64,000 nucleotides of DNA. It comes from an uncultured Clostridia bacterium (lineage in GTDB: Bacteria; Bacillota; Clostridia; Christensenellales; UBA1242). The DNA lies in assembly GCA_944345365.1 (NCBI GenBank), contig CALVMJ010000004.1:1457-65456 (forward strand), in the 5' to 3' direction. Within the stretch, counting starts at the first letter, position 1. Each line of letters starts with the position of its first letter. The notes under the pieces were generated by a model. It saw only the letters and a program-made list of their open reading frames with translations. It was not told where the DNA came from and searched no databases. The position numbers and the translations under genes were made by a program. Positions 19,961-30,066 of this stretch are shown piece by piece.

Positions 19961-20257
19961 TTAAAATAATTCTATATGCTTTATATCTTTCTTTGTCGAC
20001 CTTTTATATATGATAAAAGTTGACCCTATACATTGAACTGGTTCGGAATTTGTTTTTGCACAAACCTCTTTAAAAACCTCTTTTGCTGATAATGGACAGT
20101 TTTTTAGAACCTTAACCTTAATCAATTCCCTTGCTTCAAGTAGCAAAATAATTGCTTCAACAGAATTTTCAGAAATCCCCTCTTTTCCAATTTGCATTAC
20201 GGGATCTAAGGTATTTCCAAGCCCTCTTAAAAATGCTCTTTGTTTTGTTGTAATCAT
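19961..20257 (-). CDS. yhbY: ribosome assembly RNA-binding protein YhbY (CRM domain)
   Basis: [26 protein letters not shown]...ELIKVKVL. Confidence 0.85.
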   Translation of the reverse strand: MITTKQRAFLRGLGNTLDPVMQIGKEGISENSVEAIILLLEARELIKVKVLKNCPLSAKEVFKEVCAKTNSEPVQCIGSTFIIYKRSTKKDIKHIELF

Positions 20258-20267
20258 AAAATTCTCC

Positions 20268-21536
20268 TTAATCTAGGTATTCAAACTCGATGTCTTTAAT
20301 TCTTATAATATCGCCAGTTTTTAATCCTTTTTCTTTTAACATATCTATAATTCCCATTTGATTAAGCCTATCTTGAAAATAAGCAAAAGATCTTGCATCT
20401 GATAAAATTACGCCTCTCAAAAAGTTGTCAATCTTTCCACCAGTAACAACAAAAGCGCCGTCTTCATCAATGTCAACAAAAACAGATGTTTTGTCCTTTG
20501 TGTCAAAGTCGTGCTTAGTAACCTTAATTGGAGGTTTTTTAGGAATTGTTAAAAGTTTTTCAAGTGTTTTGTTTTTAAGATTTTCTATTCCCTCATGAAC
20601 AATTGAACATATTTGCAATGTGTCAATTTGATATCTTTTTTCAAACTCTTTAACCCTTCTTTCTTTCTCTTCCTCGGAAATCATATCACATTTTGTAAAC
20701 ACAACTATTTGAGGCGTCTTTGACAAATCTTCACTATACTTTTTAAGCTCACTGTTAATTGTTTCGTAGTCGCTAAAAATATCTCTTCCTTCGCTTTGAG
20801 AAATATCAATTAAATGAAGAATTAACCTAACTCTTTCGACATGTTTTAAGAAATAGTGCCCTAATCCATATCCTTGACTAGCCCCTTCAATAAGCCCAGG
20901 AATATCTGCCACAACAAATGTTTTTCCATGGCATTCAACAACCCCCAAATTTGGATAAATGGTCGTGAAGGGATAATTGGCTATTTTGGGATTTGCATTT
21001 GAAATAACAGACAATAAAGTTGATTTACCAACATTTGGGAATCCCACAAGTCCAACATCAGCAATCATTTTTAACTCTAAAATAACTTCTCTTTGCTTTG
21101 TCTCCTCCCCCATTTGAGAAAAGGCAGGAGCTTGCTTGACAGAGGTTTTGTAATAAGCATTCCCATGCCCACCTAATCCTCCCTTTAAAGCCACAAACAC
21201 AGAATCCTCTGATTCCAAATCTGCAATAACCTCATTGCTAACAGGGTCAATAATAACAGTGCCACAAGGAACTTCTATTACTAAATCCTTGCCCCTTGCA
21301 CCAGTCATATTGCTCCTGTTCCCATCAGAGCCATTCTCTGCCACAAACTTTTTCTTAAATCTAAATGAATAAAGAGTGTTCATATCTTTGTTGGTTTTGA
21401 AGACAATATTTCCCCCATTGCCACCATCACCTCCATCTGGTCCTCCGTACATAGTTGCTTTTGTGCGTAAAAAAGAGACGGAACCTTTCCCGCCGTTTCC
21501 AGCTTTTATCGAAATCTTAACTCTGTCAAGAATCAT
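20268..21536 (-). CDS. obg: GTPase Obg/CgtA
   Basis: Gly-rich Obg fold ([22 protein letters not shown]), G1 motif GFPNVGKST, and a C-terminal OCT domain. Confidence 0.95.
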   Translation of the reverse strand: MILDRVKISIKAGNGGKGSVSFLRTKATMYGGPDGGDGGNGGNIVFKTNKDMNTLYSFRFKKKFVAENGSDGNRSNMTGARGKDLVIEVPCGTVIIDPVSNEVIADLESEDSVFVALKGGLGGHGNAYYKTSVKQAPAFSQMGEETKQREVILELKMIADVGLVGFPNVGKSTLLSVISNANPKIANYPFTTIYPNLGVVECHGKTFVVADIPGLIEGASQGYGLGHYFLKHVERVRLILHLIDISQSEGRDIFSDYETINSELKKYSEDLSKTPQIVVFTKCDMISEEEKERRVKEFEKRYQIDTLQICSIVHEGIENLKNKTLEKLLTIPKKPPIKVTKHDFDTKDKTSVFVDIDEDGAFVVTGGKIDNFLRGVILSDARSFAYFQDRLNQMGIIDMLKEKGLKTGDIIRIKDIEFEYLD

Positions 21537-21546
21537 TAATTACTCC

Positions 21547-22173
21547 CTATTTATTTTTAGATTTAAAATAAGTGCAGATATTTTGAAAAGGACAGTCATT
21601 ACAATCGGGATTTTGAGCTTTACATTTATATCTTCCAAACAAAACCATTTGATAATGAAGCCTAGACCAATTCTTTTTTGGAAAAAATTCCTTCAATTTT
21701 TTCTCACAAATATCTGGATTGCTAGTTTTAACTAGTGAAAGTCTGTTTGCCGTCCTAAGAACATGAGTGTCAACTGCAAAAGCGTCCTCTCCAAAAGCCA
21801 CAGCCATAACTACATTTGCAGTTTTATTTCCTACCCCACTTAAAGAAACTAATTCACTTTTTTTTGACGGAACTTTGCCATTAAATCTTTCACAAATATC
21901 CTTACTTGCAAGAATAATATTTTTTGCTTTATTTTTGTAAAGACCACACGAAAATATTATTTTTTCAAGCTCTTCTTGTTTCAATTCCTTCATTTCTTCG
22001 GGCGTTTTTGCAATCTTAAAAAGATCTTTTGTTATTTTATTAACCCTTTTGTCTGTGCATTGAGCTGACAAAATCACTGCCACTAACAATTCAAATGGAT
22101 TACTAAACACAAGTTCACAATCTGCCTGAGGAATTAATTCATCAAAATTTTTGATAATTTCTTTTGCATTCAT
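21547..22173 (-). CDS. nth: endonuclease III
   Basis: HhH-GPD core (LVSLSGVGNKTANVV) and a C-terminal 4Fe-4S cluster, CKAQNPDCNDCPFQNIC. Confidence 0.9.
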   Translation of the reverse strand: MNAKEIIKNFDELIPQADCELVFSNPFELLVAVILSAQCTDKRVNKITKDLFKIAKTPEEMKELKQEELEKIIFSCGLYKNKAKNIILASKDICERFNGKVPSKKSELVSLSGVGNKTANVVMAVAFGEDAFAVDTHVLRTANRLSLVKTSNPDICEKKLKEFFPKKNWSRLHYQMVLFGRYKCKAQNPDCNDCPFQNICTYFKSKNK

Positions 22174-22179
22174 TTTTCC

Positions 22180-23646
22180 CTACTTCATTATTGGAAATAA
22201 AACAGTGTCTCTTATGTTAGGCAAATCAAATAAGAACATTATAAATCTGTCAATTCCAAATCCAAGCCCAGACATCGGAGGCATTCCATGTTCCATTGCA
22301 AGAAGGAAATCTTCGTCAACATCCATTGTCTCATCATCACCTTGCGCCTTTTCTTCAAGCTGAGCTTCCAAAGCTTGTCTTTGAACAATTGGATCAATAA
22401 GTTCGGAATAAGCATTGCACATTTCCACCCCACAAGCTACTACTTGAAACACATCAACAACTCTATTGTCTTCATCGTTTCTTCTTGCAAGTGTTTTAAG
22501 GACAGCTGGGTAATTATAAAGTATTGTAGGCCCAACTATGTTCGCCCTGATCTTTCTTTTGTAGATAAAATCTATAAGGGTTCTAACGCACTTACATTCT
22601 TCCAATTCTTCACTTTTAAATAACCCTGATTTAACAACCTTTTCTTTAAATTCATCGACATCAGTAATATCAAGGTATTCAAAGCCTAATATCTTTTTCA
22701 TCTCCTCAGCATAATTAATTCTTTCCCATTTTTCTGCTCCGAAGTCAAGTTCTTTGCCCTGATATGTGAGTTTTGTTGTTCCGATAGTCTCGTTTAATAG
22801 TTTTCTAATCAAGTTTTTAAAGAATTTAATGTTATCCTCATAATCCCAATAAGCAGCGTACCATTCAACCTGGGTAAATTCTTGTAGGTGCTGAAAATCC
22901 ATTCCTTCATTTCTAAAATCCTTTCCTAATTCAAACACTCTGTCAAAACCACCAGCTGAGCACATTTTGAGCCAAGTTTCAAAGGCAATTCTCAAATTAC
23001 ATTCAAGATCGAGAGCATTATGTTTTGTAAAAAATGGTTTTGCACTAGCACCTGAAATATTTGTTTGTAATATTGGCGTTTCCACCTCAAAAAATCCGTT
23101 ATCTTCGAGTTCCCTTCTTATAATTGAGCATATTTTACTTCTGCAAAGAAAAACTTCCCTAGACTTTTCATTGGAAATAATGTCCAAGTATCTTTGTCTG
23201 TATCTAGATTCTGTGTCAGTTAACCCGTGGAACTTCTCAGGAAGAGGCCTCATAGCTTTTGAAAGCAATGTAACTTTTTCGGCTTTTATGGTTATTTCTC
23301 CTGTTTGAGTTGTGTAAACTTCTCCTTCAACACCCACAAAGTCACCTATATCAATCATTTTTTTATAAAATTCATAGGCCTTTTCATCAAGTTCGTTTCT
23401 GCCAACAGACACTTGTATCTTTGACTCTATGTTTCTTATCTGCATAAAGCCAAATTTTCCCATTATACGGCGAAAGACTATCCTTCCTGCAACCCTAACA
23501 GTTTCTCCAATTTTTTCACGAGCCTGCTTAATTGAACAGGAACAATCGAATTTACTTTTATAAGGAATTTCACCCATGGCCTTTAATTCTTCAATTTTCT
23601 TTTTTCTAACATCAACTTCGCTAGAAAGATTTTGTATTTCTTGCAT
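22180..23646 (-). CDS. lysS: lysyl-tRNA synthetase (class II)
   Basis: OB anticodon-binding domain (GRIVFRRIMGKFGFMQI), motif 2 FRNEGMD, and motif 3 GFGIDR. Confidence 0.95.
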   Translation of the reverse strand: MQEIQNLSSEVDVRKKKIEELKAMGEIPYKSKFDCSCSIKQAREKIGETVRVAGRIVFRRIMGKFGFMQIRNIESKIQVSVGRNELDEKAYEFYKKMIDIGDFVGVEGEVYTTQTGEITIKAEKVTLLSKAMRPLPEKFHGLTDTESRYRQRYLDIISNEKSREVFLCRSKICSIIRRELEDNGFFEVETPILQTNISGASAKPFFTKHNALDLECNLRIAFETWLKMCSAGGFDRVFELGKDFRNEGMDFQHLQEFTQVEWYAAYWDYEDNIKFFKNLIRKLLNETIGTTKLTYQGKELDFGAEKWERINYAEEMKKILGFEYLDITDVDEFKEKVVKSGLFKSEELEECKCVRTLIDFIYKRKIRANIVGPTILYNYPAVLKTLARRNDEDNRVVDVFQVVACGVEMCNAYSELIDPIVQRQALEAQLEEKAQGDDETMDVDEDFLLAMEHGMPPMSGLGFGIDRFIMFLFDLPNIRDTVLFPIMK

Positions 23647-23705
23647 TTTATTCTCCCTTTTTTTTCTTGTTTAAAATATCATAAAAAGCAAAAAAAGTCA
23701 AACTT

Positions 23706-24239
23706 TTAATACTTCTTTTCATAATATCTTAAATTTTTGAGTATTTTTTGATAATATTGCTCTGTTTCTTTAAAAGGGATCTTTTTTAATTGACCATTTT
23801 CAAAATATTCAGGATTAGAAATCCACTTCGTCACATTACCCATTCCTGCGTTATAAGCACAAATGGCAAGCTGAGTATCATCAAAGTAGTTTATCAAGTA
23901 TGATATATAGTAACAACCATATTTAATATTTTTTTCTGGATTCATTAACAAAGATTCCTCGAATTCCTCTCCAAGCTTATCTGCTATCCAGCTTCCAGTA
24001 CTTGGCATTATTTGCATTAAGCCAAGAGCCCCCTTTGAGGATTCTCGGTCTTTTTTATATCCACTTTCAACATTTATTACTGATGCAACCAAACTTGGAT
24101 TTAATTGGTTTAAATTGGAATAATAGTTTATTTCTTGGCTGTACTTAATTGGATAAAAATATCCATAAAAACAATTTATGGAAAAAAGCAGTAAAACACA
24201 AGCCAGAGCTATCCAAAAAATCGAAAAAAAAGTTTTCAT
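23706..24239 (-). CDS. lytic transglycosylase (SLT domain), membrane-anchored
   Basis: ESGYK...GALGLMQIMPSTG...AYNAG motifs and an N-terminal TM segment. Confidence 0.8.
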   Translation of the reverse strand: MKTFFSIFWIALACVLLLFSINCFYGYFYPIKYSQEINYYSNLNQLNPSLVASVINVESGYKKDRESSKGALGLMQIMPSTGSWIADKLGEEFEESLLMNPEKNIKYGCYYISYLINYFDDTQLAICAYNAGMGNVTKWISNPEYFENGQLKKIPFKETEQYYQKILKNLRYYEKKY

Positions 24240-24279
24240 AAAACTATTTTATGAAAACATCACTTTTGTATTCAATTTT

Positions 24280-24537
24280 TTATTCTTTTACGAATGAGTA
24301 TCTCCCATTTTTAAAGACATATCTTAAAAATCCACCAAAACTTGAATATCTTCCTCTGCTTAGAATACTTTTAGCTTGAATGTAATCCTCAGGCATAATC
24401 TTTACTGAAAGCCCACAAGTCTTCCCAGCTTCTTTTGGAGTGGGAATAATCGCCGAAGCAATGCCAAACTTTTTTAGGTTGTTAGCATAAGAAAAAGCTT
24501 CTGTTCTTGACCAAAAAACTATAATGATATATTCCAT
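24280..24537 (-). CDS. DUF3343-type small protein (putative S/Se carrier-like)
   Basis: The YIIIVFWSRTEAFSYANNLKKFGI...PTPKE...CGLSVKI pattern. Start trimmed to ATG 24537 after AAGGAG. Confidence 0.6.
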   Translation of the reverse strand: MEYIIIVFWSRTEAFSYANNLKKFGIASAIIPTPKEAGKTCGLSVKIMPEDYIQAKSILSRGRYSSFGGFLRYVFKNGRYSFVKE

Positions 24538-24616
24538 AATCTTTCTCCTTATGCACAATTTCTCCCCATTTTCACTATACTAAATTAGAGAACAAAATGT
24601 TCATAAAGGAGAAAAT

Positions 24617-25756
24617 ATGATTTATTTTGATAATAGCGCCTCAACCTTAGTAAAACCCAAAGAAGTACAACAAATGGTTAACTTAGCAATGAACAAATTT
24701 TCTGCAAATCCGGGCAGAAGTGGGCACAGACAAAGTCTTTTAACAGGCTCTGAGGTAGAAAATGTTCGTCAAAACTTAGCTGATTTTTTTTGCTTTTCAA
24801 ATCCTGAGCGAGTTATCTTCACGCAAAATTGTTCTGATGCCCTTAACCTTGCAATTTTAGGTTCGGCAAAACAAAATGGTCATGTTATATGCACAGAAAA
24901 CGAGCATAACTCATCTTTAAGACCTTTACAGTACCTTAAAGAAAAAGGAATAATAAATTACACAATTGTTAGTCAAAGCGAAAAAAAAGGCATAACAAAA
25001 AATGACATAGAAAAAAACATTTTACCGAACACCTATTTAATCATATGCAATCATATTTCAAATGTTAATGGTGATAAAGCAGAGATTGAAGAAATTGGAA
25101 AGCTTTGCCAAAGCAAAAATATACTTTTTTTAGTCGATGGTGCTCAAAGTGCTGGCCACGAAGAAATTAATATGGAAAAATTTAAAATTGATATGCTTGC
25201 AATAGCTCCTCATAAGGGATTTTATTCCCTGCAAGGCCTAGGCGTTCTTTTGCTCTCGGAAAAAGCAAATATTTCACCAATAAGATTTGGGGGTACAGGA
25301 ACAAATTCTCTTGAACTAAATCAGCCTTCAATTTTGCCCGAGAGATTTGAAGTTGGCACATTACCAACCCCAGCTATCCTTGGACTTGGTGGAGGCCTTA
25401 TATTTGTCAAAAATAATTACAAAGAAATAAGAGAAAAGCTTGAAGATCTGACAACCTTTCTACACTATGAATTATCCAAATTGCCGATAAAAATTTACAC
25501 CCACCCAGATAACGCAAATGGAGTTTTGTCCTTTAATATCCCTTCTCTACACTCCAATGAAGTTTGCTCAATCTTAAACGAGAAATGGGGAATATGCACA
25601 AGAGGTGGTTACCACTGCGCTCCAAAAAAACACCAATCATTAAATACACTGGAAACAGGAACTGTCAGGGTCTCATTTTCATATTTCAATAGCATAAATG
25701 AAGTACAAAAATTGTTAGGCGCAGTAAAAAATATTTTAAAATCTTCAAAGATTTAA
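24617..25756 (+). CDS. class V aminotransferase-fold cysteine desulfurase-family protein
   Basis: YFDNSAST start, PLP-lysine context (APHKG), and a C-terminal RGGYHCAP loop typical of the stand-alone Csd-like subfamily. Confidence 0.75.
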   Translation: MIYFDNSASTLVKPKEVQQMVNLAMNKFSANPGRSGHRQSLLTGSEVENVRQNLADFFCFSNPERVIFTQNCSDALNLAILGSAKQNGHVICTENEHNSSLRPLQYLKEKGIINYTIVSQSEKKGITKNDIEKNILPNTYLIICNHISNVNGDKAEIEEIGKLCQSKNILFLVDGAQSAGHEEINMEKFKIDMLAIAPHKGFYSLQGLGVLLLSEKANISPIRFGGTGTNSLELNQPSILPERFEVGTLPTPAILGLGGGLIFVKNNYKEIREKLEDLTTFLHYELSKLPIKIYTHPDNANGVLSFNIPSLHSNEVCSILNEKWGICTRGGYHCAPKKHQSLNTLETGTVRVSFSYFNSINEVQKLLGAVKNILKSSKI

Positions 25757-25774
25757 AAGGCTATTGCGCATTAT

Positions 25775-25800
25775 AAAATCCAGCATATGCTGGATTTTTA
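25775..25800. terminator. bidirectional rho-independent terminator between convergent genes
   Basis: AAAATCCAGCA-TA-TGCTGGATTTT. Confidence 0.75.
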
Positions 25801-25834
25801 ATTCCGTCTAATCTTTTTTTATTAAGCTAAAGAT

Positions 25835-26533
25835 TTATATTTTAAAGATTATTCTTCTGCAATTTTCACAAACAAGAATTCCTTCTCTTTCCAGTTTAGA
25901 AACAGAAGATGCAGGCACTTCCATATGACAACCTCCACAACAACGATTGTTAAGAGGAACTAGCACAGGGAAGATTCTATCCCTTCTTCTTTTTGCATAT
26001 TCTTCAAGTAAATTTTTGTCAATATTCTTTTCTATTACTGCGAGTTCTTTCTTTAATTCATTAATCTTAGGGCTGGCATCTTCAACTTCCTTATCATAAG
26101 CTTCCTTAAATTGCTTAAATTTTTCACCTGCATTTTTATAAGCAACCTTAGTCTTATTAAACTCAGCAAGCACAGCATTAGCCATTTCAGCAAGCTTTGT
26201 TGCCTTTTTGTCCAAAACCACAAGATTTTGCATTAATTTTTCTTTTAACGAGAGAGCGCTATCTAATTCTTCTGCGCTTAACTTTTCTAAATCTTTGCCT
26301 AGAATTTCCTTGATCTTAAGTTTGTTTTGATCCGCAACGGCAAAAAGATTTTGAATTTCCTTCGCTATTTGACTTGCCTGAGATTCAAGCTTTTCAGATT
26401 TTTGTTGGGATTCTTTTGCAATTGCCGAAAGCTGAGCACATTTTTGCTTATTTGCACTCTGAGTTAATTGTTTTTCAAGTTGAAATAATTTTGAATCCAC
26501 TTTTTGATATTCAACTAAGTTTTTAATTTCCAT
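25835..26533 (-). CDS. coiled-coil protein with C4 zinc ribbon (COG1579-like)
   Basis: Long heptad-rich region followed by CGGCHM...CENCRRI. Start trimmed to ATG 26533 after AAGGAAG. Confidence 0.65.
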   Translation of the reverse strand: MEIKNLVEYQKVDSKLFQLEKQLTQSANKQKCAQLSAIAKESQQKSEKLESQASQIAKEIQNLFAVADQNKLKIKEILGKDLEKLSAEELDSALSLKEKLMQNLVVLDKKATKLAEMANAVLAEFNKTKVAYKNAGEKFKQFKEAYDKEVEDASPKINELKKELAVIEKNIDKNLLEEYAKRRRDRIFPVLVPLNNRCCGGCHMEVPASSVSKLEREGILVCENCRRIIFKI

Positions 26534-26555
26534 ATTTCTTCTTCCTTTTAATATT

Positions 26556-27617
26556 TTAATCCATAAAATCAACAAGTCTCTTGCTTCTGTTTGGATGTTT
26601 TAATTTTCTTAATGCTTTTGCTTCAATTTGCCTAATTCTTTCACGAGTAACTCTAAATTCTCTACCAACTTCTTCAAGCGTCTTTGCCTTGCCATCATTA
26701 AGCCCATATCTTTGCCTTATGACCTCTTGCTCACGAGGAGTTAATGTGTCTAAAACAGCCAGCAGTTGCTCCCTAAGCATACTTTGAGATGCGTGATCAA
26801 TCGGTGATTTTGCGGACTCGTCTTCAATAAAATCAGCCATTTTGCTGTCATCTTCTTCCCCAACTGGTGTTTCAAGTGAAACTGGATCTTGAGCAATTTT
26901 TTGAATCTCTATTACTTTTGACTCTGGAATCTCCATTGCCTCAGCAATCTCCGCTGTGGTAGGCTCTCTGCAAAGTTTTTGAGTTAACTGTCTACTAACT
27001 CTTCCAAATTTGTTTATTGTTTCAACCATATGAACTGGAATTCTGATTGTTCTTGATTGATCAGCTATTGCCCTTGTAATAGCTTGTCTTATCCACCAAG
27101 TAGCATAGGTAGAAAACTTAAACCCCTTAGAATAATCAAATTTTTCTACAGCCTTTAACAGCCCCAAATTCCCCTCTTGAATTAAGTCCAAAAAAGACAA
27201 AGGTGTCTTAGAAACCCATTTTTTAGCACAGCTAACAACAAGTCTTAAATTTGCTTCACAGAACTTTGCCTTAGCATATTCATCTCCAGCCAAAATTCTC
27301 TTAGCAAGTTCAGTTTCTTCCTCACTTGAAAGAAGAGGGACTTTACCTATATCTTTAAGATACATTTTTACCGGGTCATCAACTCTTATACTTGAAACAA
27401 TATCAGCAAAATTTTCATCTTTTGTCAAATCCTCCTCAGAGGAATGAATAATTTTTATTCCTCTGCTTTCCATTTGATCCAAAAAATATCTAATGTCATC
27501 TACTGACACCTCATACTTCGAAAGGCGAAAATAAACATCGTCCTCATTAATAGATCCTTTTTTTTGAGCAATTTCAATTATTTTTTTAAGCTCGACTTCC
27601 TTTTTTACATCAGCCAT
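26556..27617 (-). CDS. rpoD: primary RNA polymerase sigma factor (SigA/RpoD)
   Basis: Region 2.4 [16 protein letters not shown], region 3, and region 4.2 [27 protein letters not shown]. Confidence 0.95.
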   Translation of the reverse strand: MADVKKEVELKKIIEIAQKKGSINEDDVYFRLSKYEVSVDDIRYFLDQMESRGIKIIHSSEEDLTKDENFADIVSSIRVDDPVKMYLKDIGKVPLLSSEEETELAKRILAGDEYAKAKFCEANLRLVVSCAKKWVSKTPLSFLDLIQEGNLGLLKAVEKFDYSKGFKFSTYATWWIRQAITRAIADQSRTIRIPVHMVETINKFGRVSRQLTQKLCREPTTAEIAEAMEIPESKVIEIQKIAQDPVSLETPVGEEDDSKMADFIEDESAKSPIDHASQSMLREQLLAVLDTLTPREQEVIRQRYGLNDGKAKTLEEVGREFRVTRERIRQIEAKALRKLKHPNRSKRLVDFMD

Positions 27618-29406
27618 AAAAATCCTCCAAGTTTTTCTCTTTCAATTTTTTTGATATGTTTTGAAGCCAAAGCATAATTTTTCGCCTTTCTCCAACATCT
27701 CTCTCTTCACTAAATTTTTTGGAAATTTCTTGTTGCTTTTCCTTCAAAATTCCTTCTGCAATACTCCAAACACACTCTTGAAAATACTTTTTTTCAATAC
27801 CCTCAAATTCTTCAAAATTAAAGTAGATAACATCTTGTAGAAGTGGATTATTATCCACATCAAATTCATCAAAGATTGAAGAAACGCTTTTTCCACTTTC
27901 TACAATTTCAAGAATATCATTTCTGTTTGGTAAAAGTTTTTTATAATTAATTTTTGGATTTAAATAATCTTTTTTATACAAAATAGATGCCAAAATAAAC
28001 TTCTCTGCTTTAATATTCCCATTTTCTCGCACAATTAAAACATTTTCTTGCTTTTTAGCTCCTTGTTTAACCGCACCACTTTTTCCTGTTAAATCTCTCC
28101 TTAATACCTCGACAGGTATGTTAGTTAAATCTCTTATTTTATCTAAATAAGGCTCTTGGGATGAGGCATCTTCTAATTTTGCCAGATGATTTAATACTTC
28201 TTTAACAAATTTTCCTTTTTCATCAGATTTAGCTAAATCATACTTTTCCATCTCTGTCTTTATTAAGTAATCCATAACCGGTAAGGCATTATTTATGTAA
28301 CTTTCTAATCCATCTTTACACTCCGATTTTAAAACCTCATCAGGGTCTTTTCCACTTGGTAAACAAACAATTTTAATGTTTAAGCCAGCATTTTTTAGAA
28401 TGTCAATAGACCTCAATGTTGCTTTAACCCCTGCCGAATCACCATCAAAGCAGATTAAGACATTATCACATAATTTTTTTAATTCTTTTGCGTGATTTTC
28501 TGTAAGAGCTGTCCCCATACAAGCAACAGTAGATCTAAATCCTGCACGGTGCATTGCAATAACATCAATTTGACCTTCAACAAGAATAATCTGACTAAGC
28601 CCGCCAGATTGCTTTAATTTCTTTAATAAATTAATTCCAAAAACCACCCTATTTTTTTGAAACACTATTGTTTCTGCCGTGTTTTTATACTTAGCGTAAT
28701 CAGATTTTTCAAGAATTCTTGCACTAAAACCAATACATTCATTAAATGAATTAAATATAGGGAAAATCAATCTTCCACCCATAACATCATAATAATTTGA
28801 GCTTCCCTCTTTTTTAGCAATCAATCCCGCAAGGAGCATTTCCTCATAAGAAAACCCTTGTTTTTTAAGATGGCTAACAAGGTCTGTCCAAGAATTGCTG
28901 TAACCAATTTTAAAGTCTTCAAGCTCCCTTCGTGTGAAACCACGAGATTTTATGTATTCCTGTGCTTTTTTTGCACTATCCAAATATAAATTTGATTGAT
29001 AATGTTTATATGCACAATCAAGCACCTTTATTATCCTATCTTTTTCCTTCTTTTTCTTTATGACCTGATCGTCAACTCCTGAAAGTTCGGGCAATTCCAT
29101 CTGGCAATTCTCTGCAAGAATTTTAACTGCATCCATAAAATCACAAGATTCCATTTTTTCTACAAATCTTATAACATCTCCACCCTCTTTACAACCAAAA
29201 CAGTGATAAAATCCCTCTGGGTCAACACAAAAAGAGGGGGTCTTTTCAGTGTGAAAAGGACAACACCCCCAATATTTTCTACCTTTTTGTTCTAGCCTCA
29301 CATATTTCGAAACAACATTAACAATATCGCTTTTTCTTTTAAGTTCGTCGAGCCACTGTGCAGAATAACCCTTTTGCAATAAATTACCTCTAAAAATTGT
29401 ATTCAT
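27610..29406 (-). CDS. dnaG: DNA primase
   Basis: CHC2 zinc finger ([12 protein letters not shown]...HCFGC) and a TOPRIM domain (VEGQIDVI...FDGDSAG). Start taken at ATG 29406; the exact start is uncertain. Confidence 0.9.
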   Translation of the reverse strand: MNTIFRGNLLQKGYSAQWLDELKRKSDIVNVVSKYVRLEQKGRKYWGCCPFHTEKTPSFCVDPEGFYHCFGCKEGGDVIRFVEKMESCDFMDAVKILAENCQMELPELSGVDDQVIKKKKEKDRIIKVLDCAYKHYQSNLYLDSAKKAQEYIKSRGFTRRELEDFKIGYSNSWTDLVSHLKKQGFSYEEMLLAGLIAKKEGSSNYYDVMGGRLIFPIFNSFNECIGFSARILEKSDYAKYKNTAETIVFQKNRVVFGINLLKKLKQSGGLSQIILVEGQIDVIAMHRAGFRSTVACMGTALTENHAKELKKLCDNVLICFDGDSAGVKATLRSIDILKNAGLNIKIVCLPSGKDPDEVLKSECKDGLESYINNALPVMDYLIKTEMEKYDLAKSDEKGKFVKEVLNHLAKLEDASSQEPYLDKIRDLTNIPVEVLRRDLTGKSGAVKQGAKKQENVLIVRENGNIKAEKFILASILYKKDYLNPKINYKKLLPNRNDILEIVESGKSVSSIFDEFDVDNNPLLQDVIYFNFEEFEGIEKKYFQECVWSIAEGILKEKQQEISKKFSEERDVGERRKIMLWLQNISKKLKEKNLEDFYG

Positions 29407-29449
29407 AAGTAATATACCACGCAAAAATTAGTTTTCCTCTAAAATTTTT

Positions 29450-29480
29450 AAAAAAAACAGAAAAATTTTCTGTTTTTTTG
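29450..29480 (-). terminator. hpf terminator
   Basis: AAAAAAACAGAAAA-TTTTCTGTTTTTTT palindrome. Confidence 0.7.
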
Positions 29481-29487
29481 ATTTTTT

Positions 29488-30012
29488 TTAGTAATTAACT
29501 TCAATAAGACCATATTTTTCGTCTTTTCTCTTATAAAGAACATTAACTTTTCCTGTTTCAGCGTTAAGGAAGATAAAGAATTCATGATCTAATCTTTCCA
29601 TCATTTCTTTTGCATCTTCAACCAAAATAGGGTCAAGGTCAAACGATTTTTTCTTATAAACCTCGGCAAGTGGCTTTGGTTTTTTTTCTATAAACTCAAA
29701 AGGCATTGTTTTCACTTTTTGTTTTGTGACAGCCTTTAATTTCTCGTTTTGTCTTACAATTTGTCTTTCAATCTTAGGAAGAGCCAAATCTATGTTTGCA
29801 AACATATTATCACTTTCCACTTCTCCTCTATATAAAACACCTTTGTTAACAATTGTAATTTCAAGTTTTTCCCTTTTATTTTGTTCACTTGCAACCACTC
29901 TTGCACTTGCGTCCTGGCCAAAATATTTGTCAAGCCTACCAATTTTTTCGCTTATAATTTCCTTTAATTTCTTAGATATTTTATACTTTTTTTCTATGAA
30001 TTCAATTTTCAT
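29488..30012 (-). CDS. hpf: ribosome hibernation promoting factor (long form)
   Basis: 174 aa with an S30AE/sigma-54 modulation domain start (KLKEIISEKIGRLDKYF) and a C-terminal dimerisation domain (FIFLNAETGKVNVLYKR). Confidence 0.85.
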   Translation of the reverse strand: MKIEFIEKKYKISKKLKEIISEKIGRLDKYFGQDASARVVASEQNKREKLEITIVNKGVLYRGEVESDNMFANIDLALPKIERQIVRQNEKLKAVTKQKVKTMPFEFIEKKPKPLAEVYKKKSFDLDPILVEDAKEMMERLDHEFFIFLNAETGKVNVLYKRKDEKYGLIEVNY

Positions 30013-30066
30013 ACTCTTTCCTCCTACTTGTATTATATCATTATGAGGTTTAATTTCAAAATGTTT

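Noticed and set aside
22239-22433. Same-strand, out-of-frame ORFs nested in lysS (22239-22433), rmuC (46492-46710), ileS (50272-50493) and iscS (54095-54313), plus an antisense ORF in the Csd-like gene (25182-25367).
   Set aside because: They are short, lack an RBS, and lie fully inside strongly supported genes. I see no evidence for overlapping coding.
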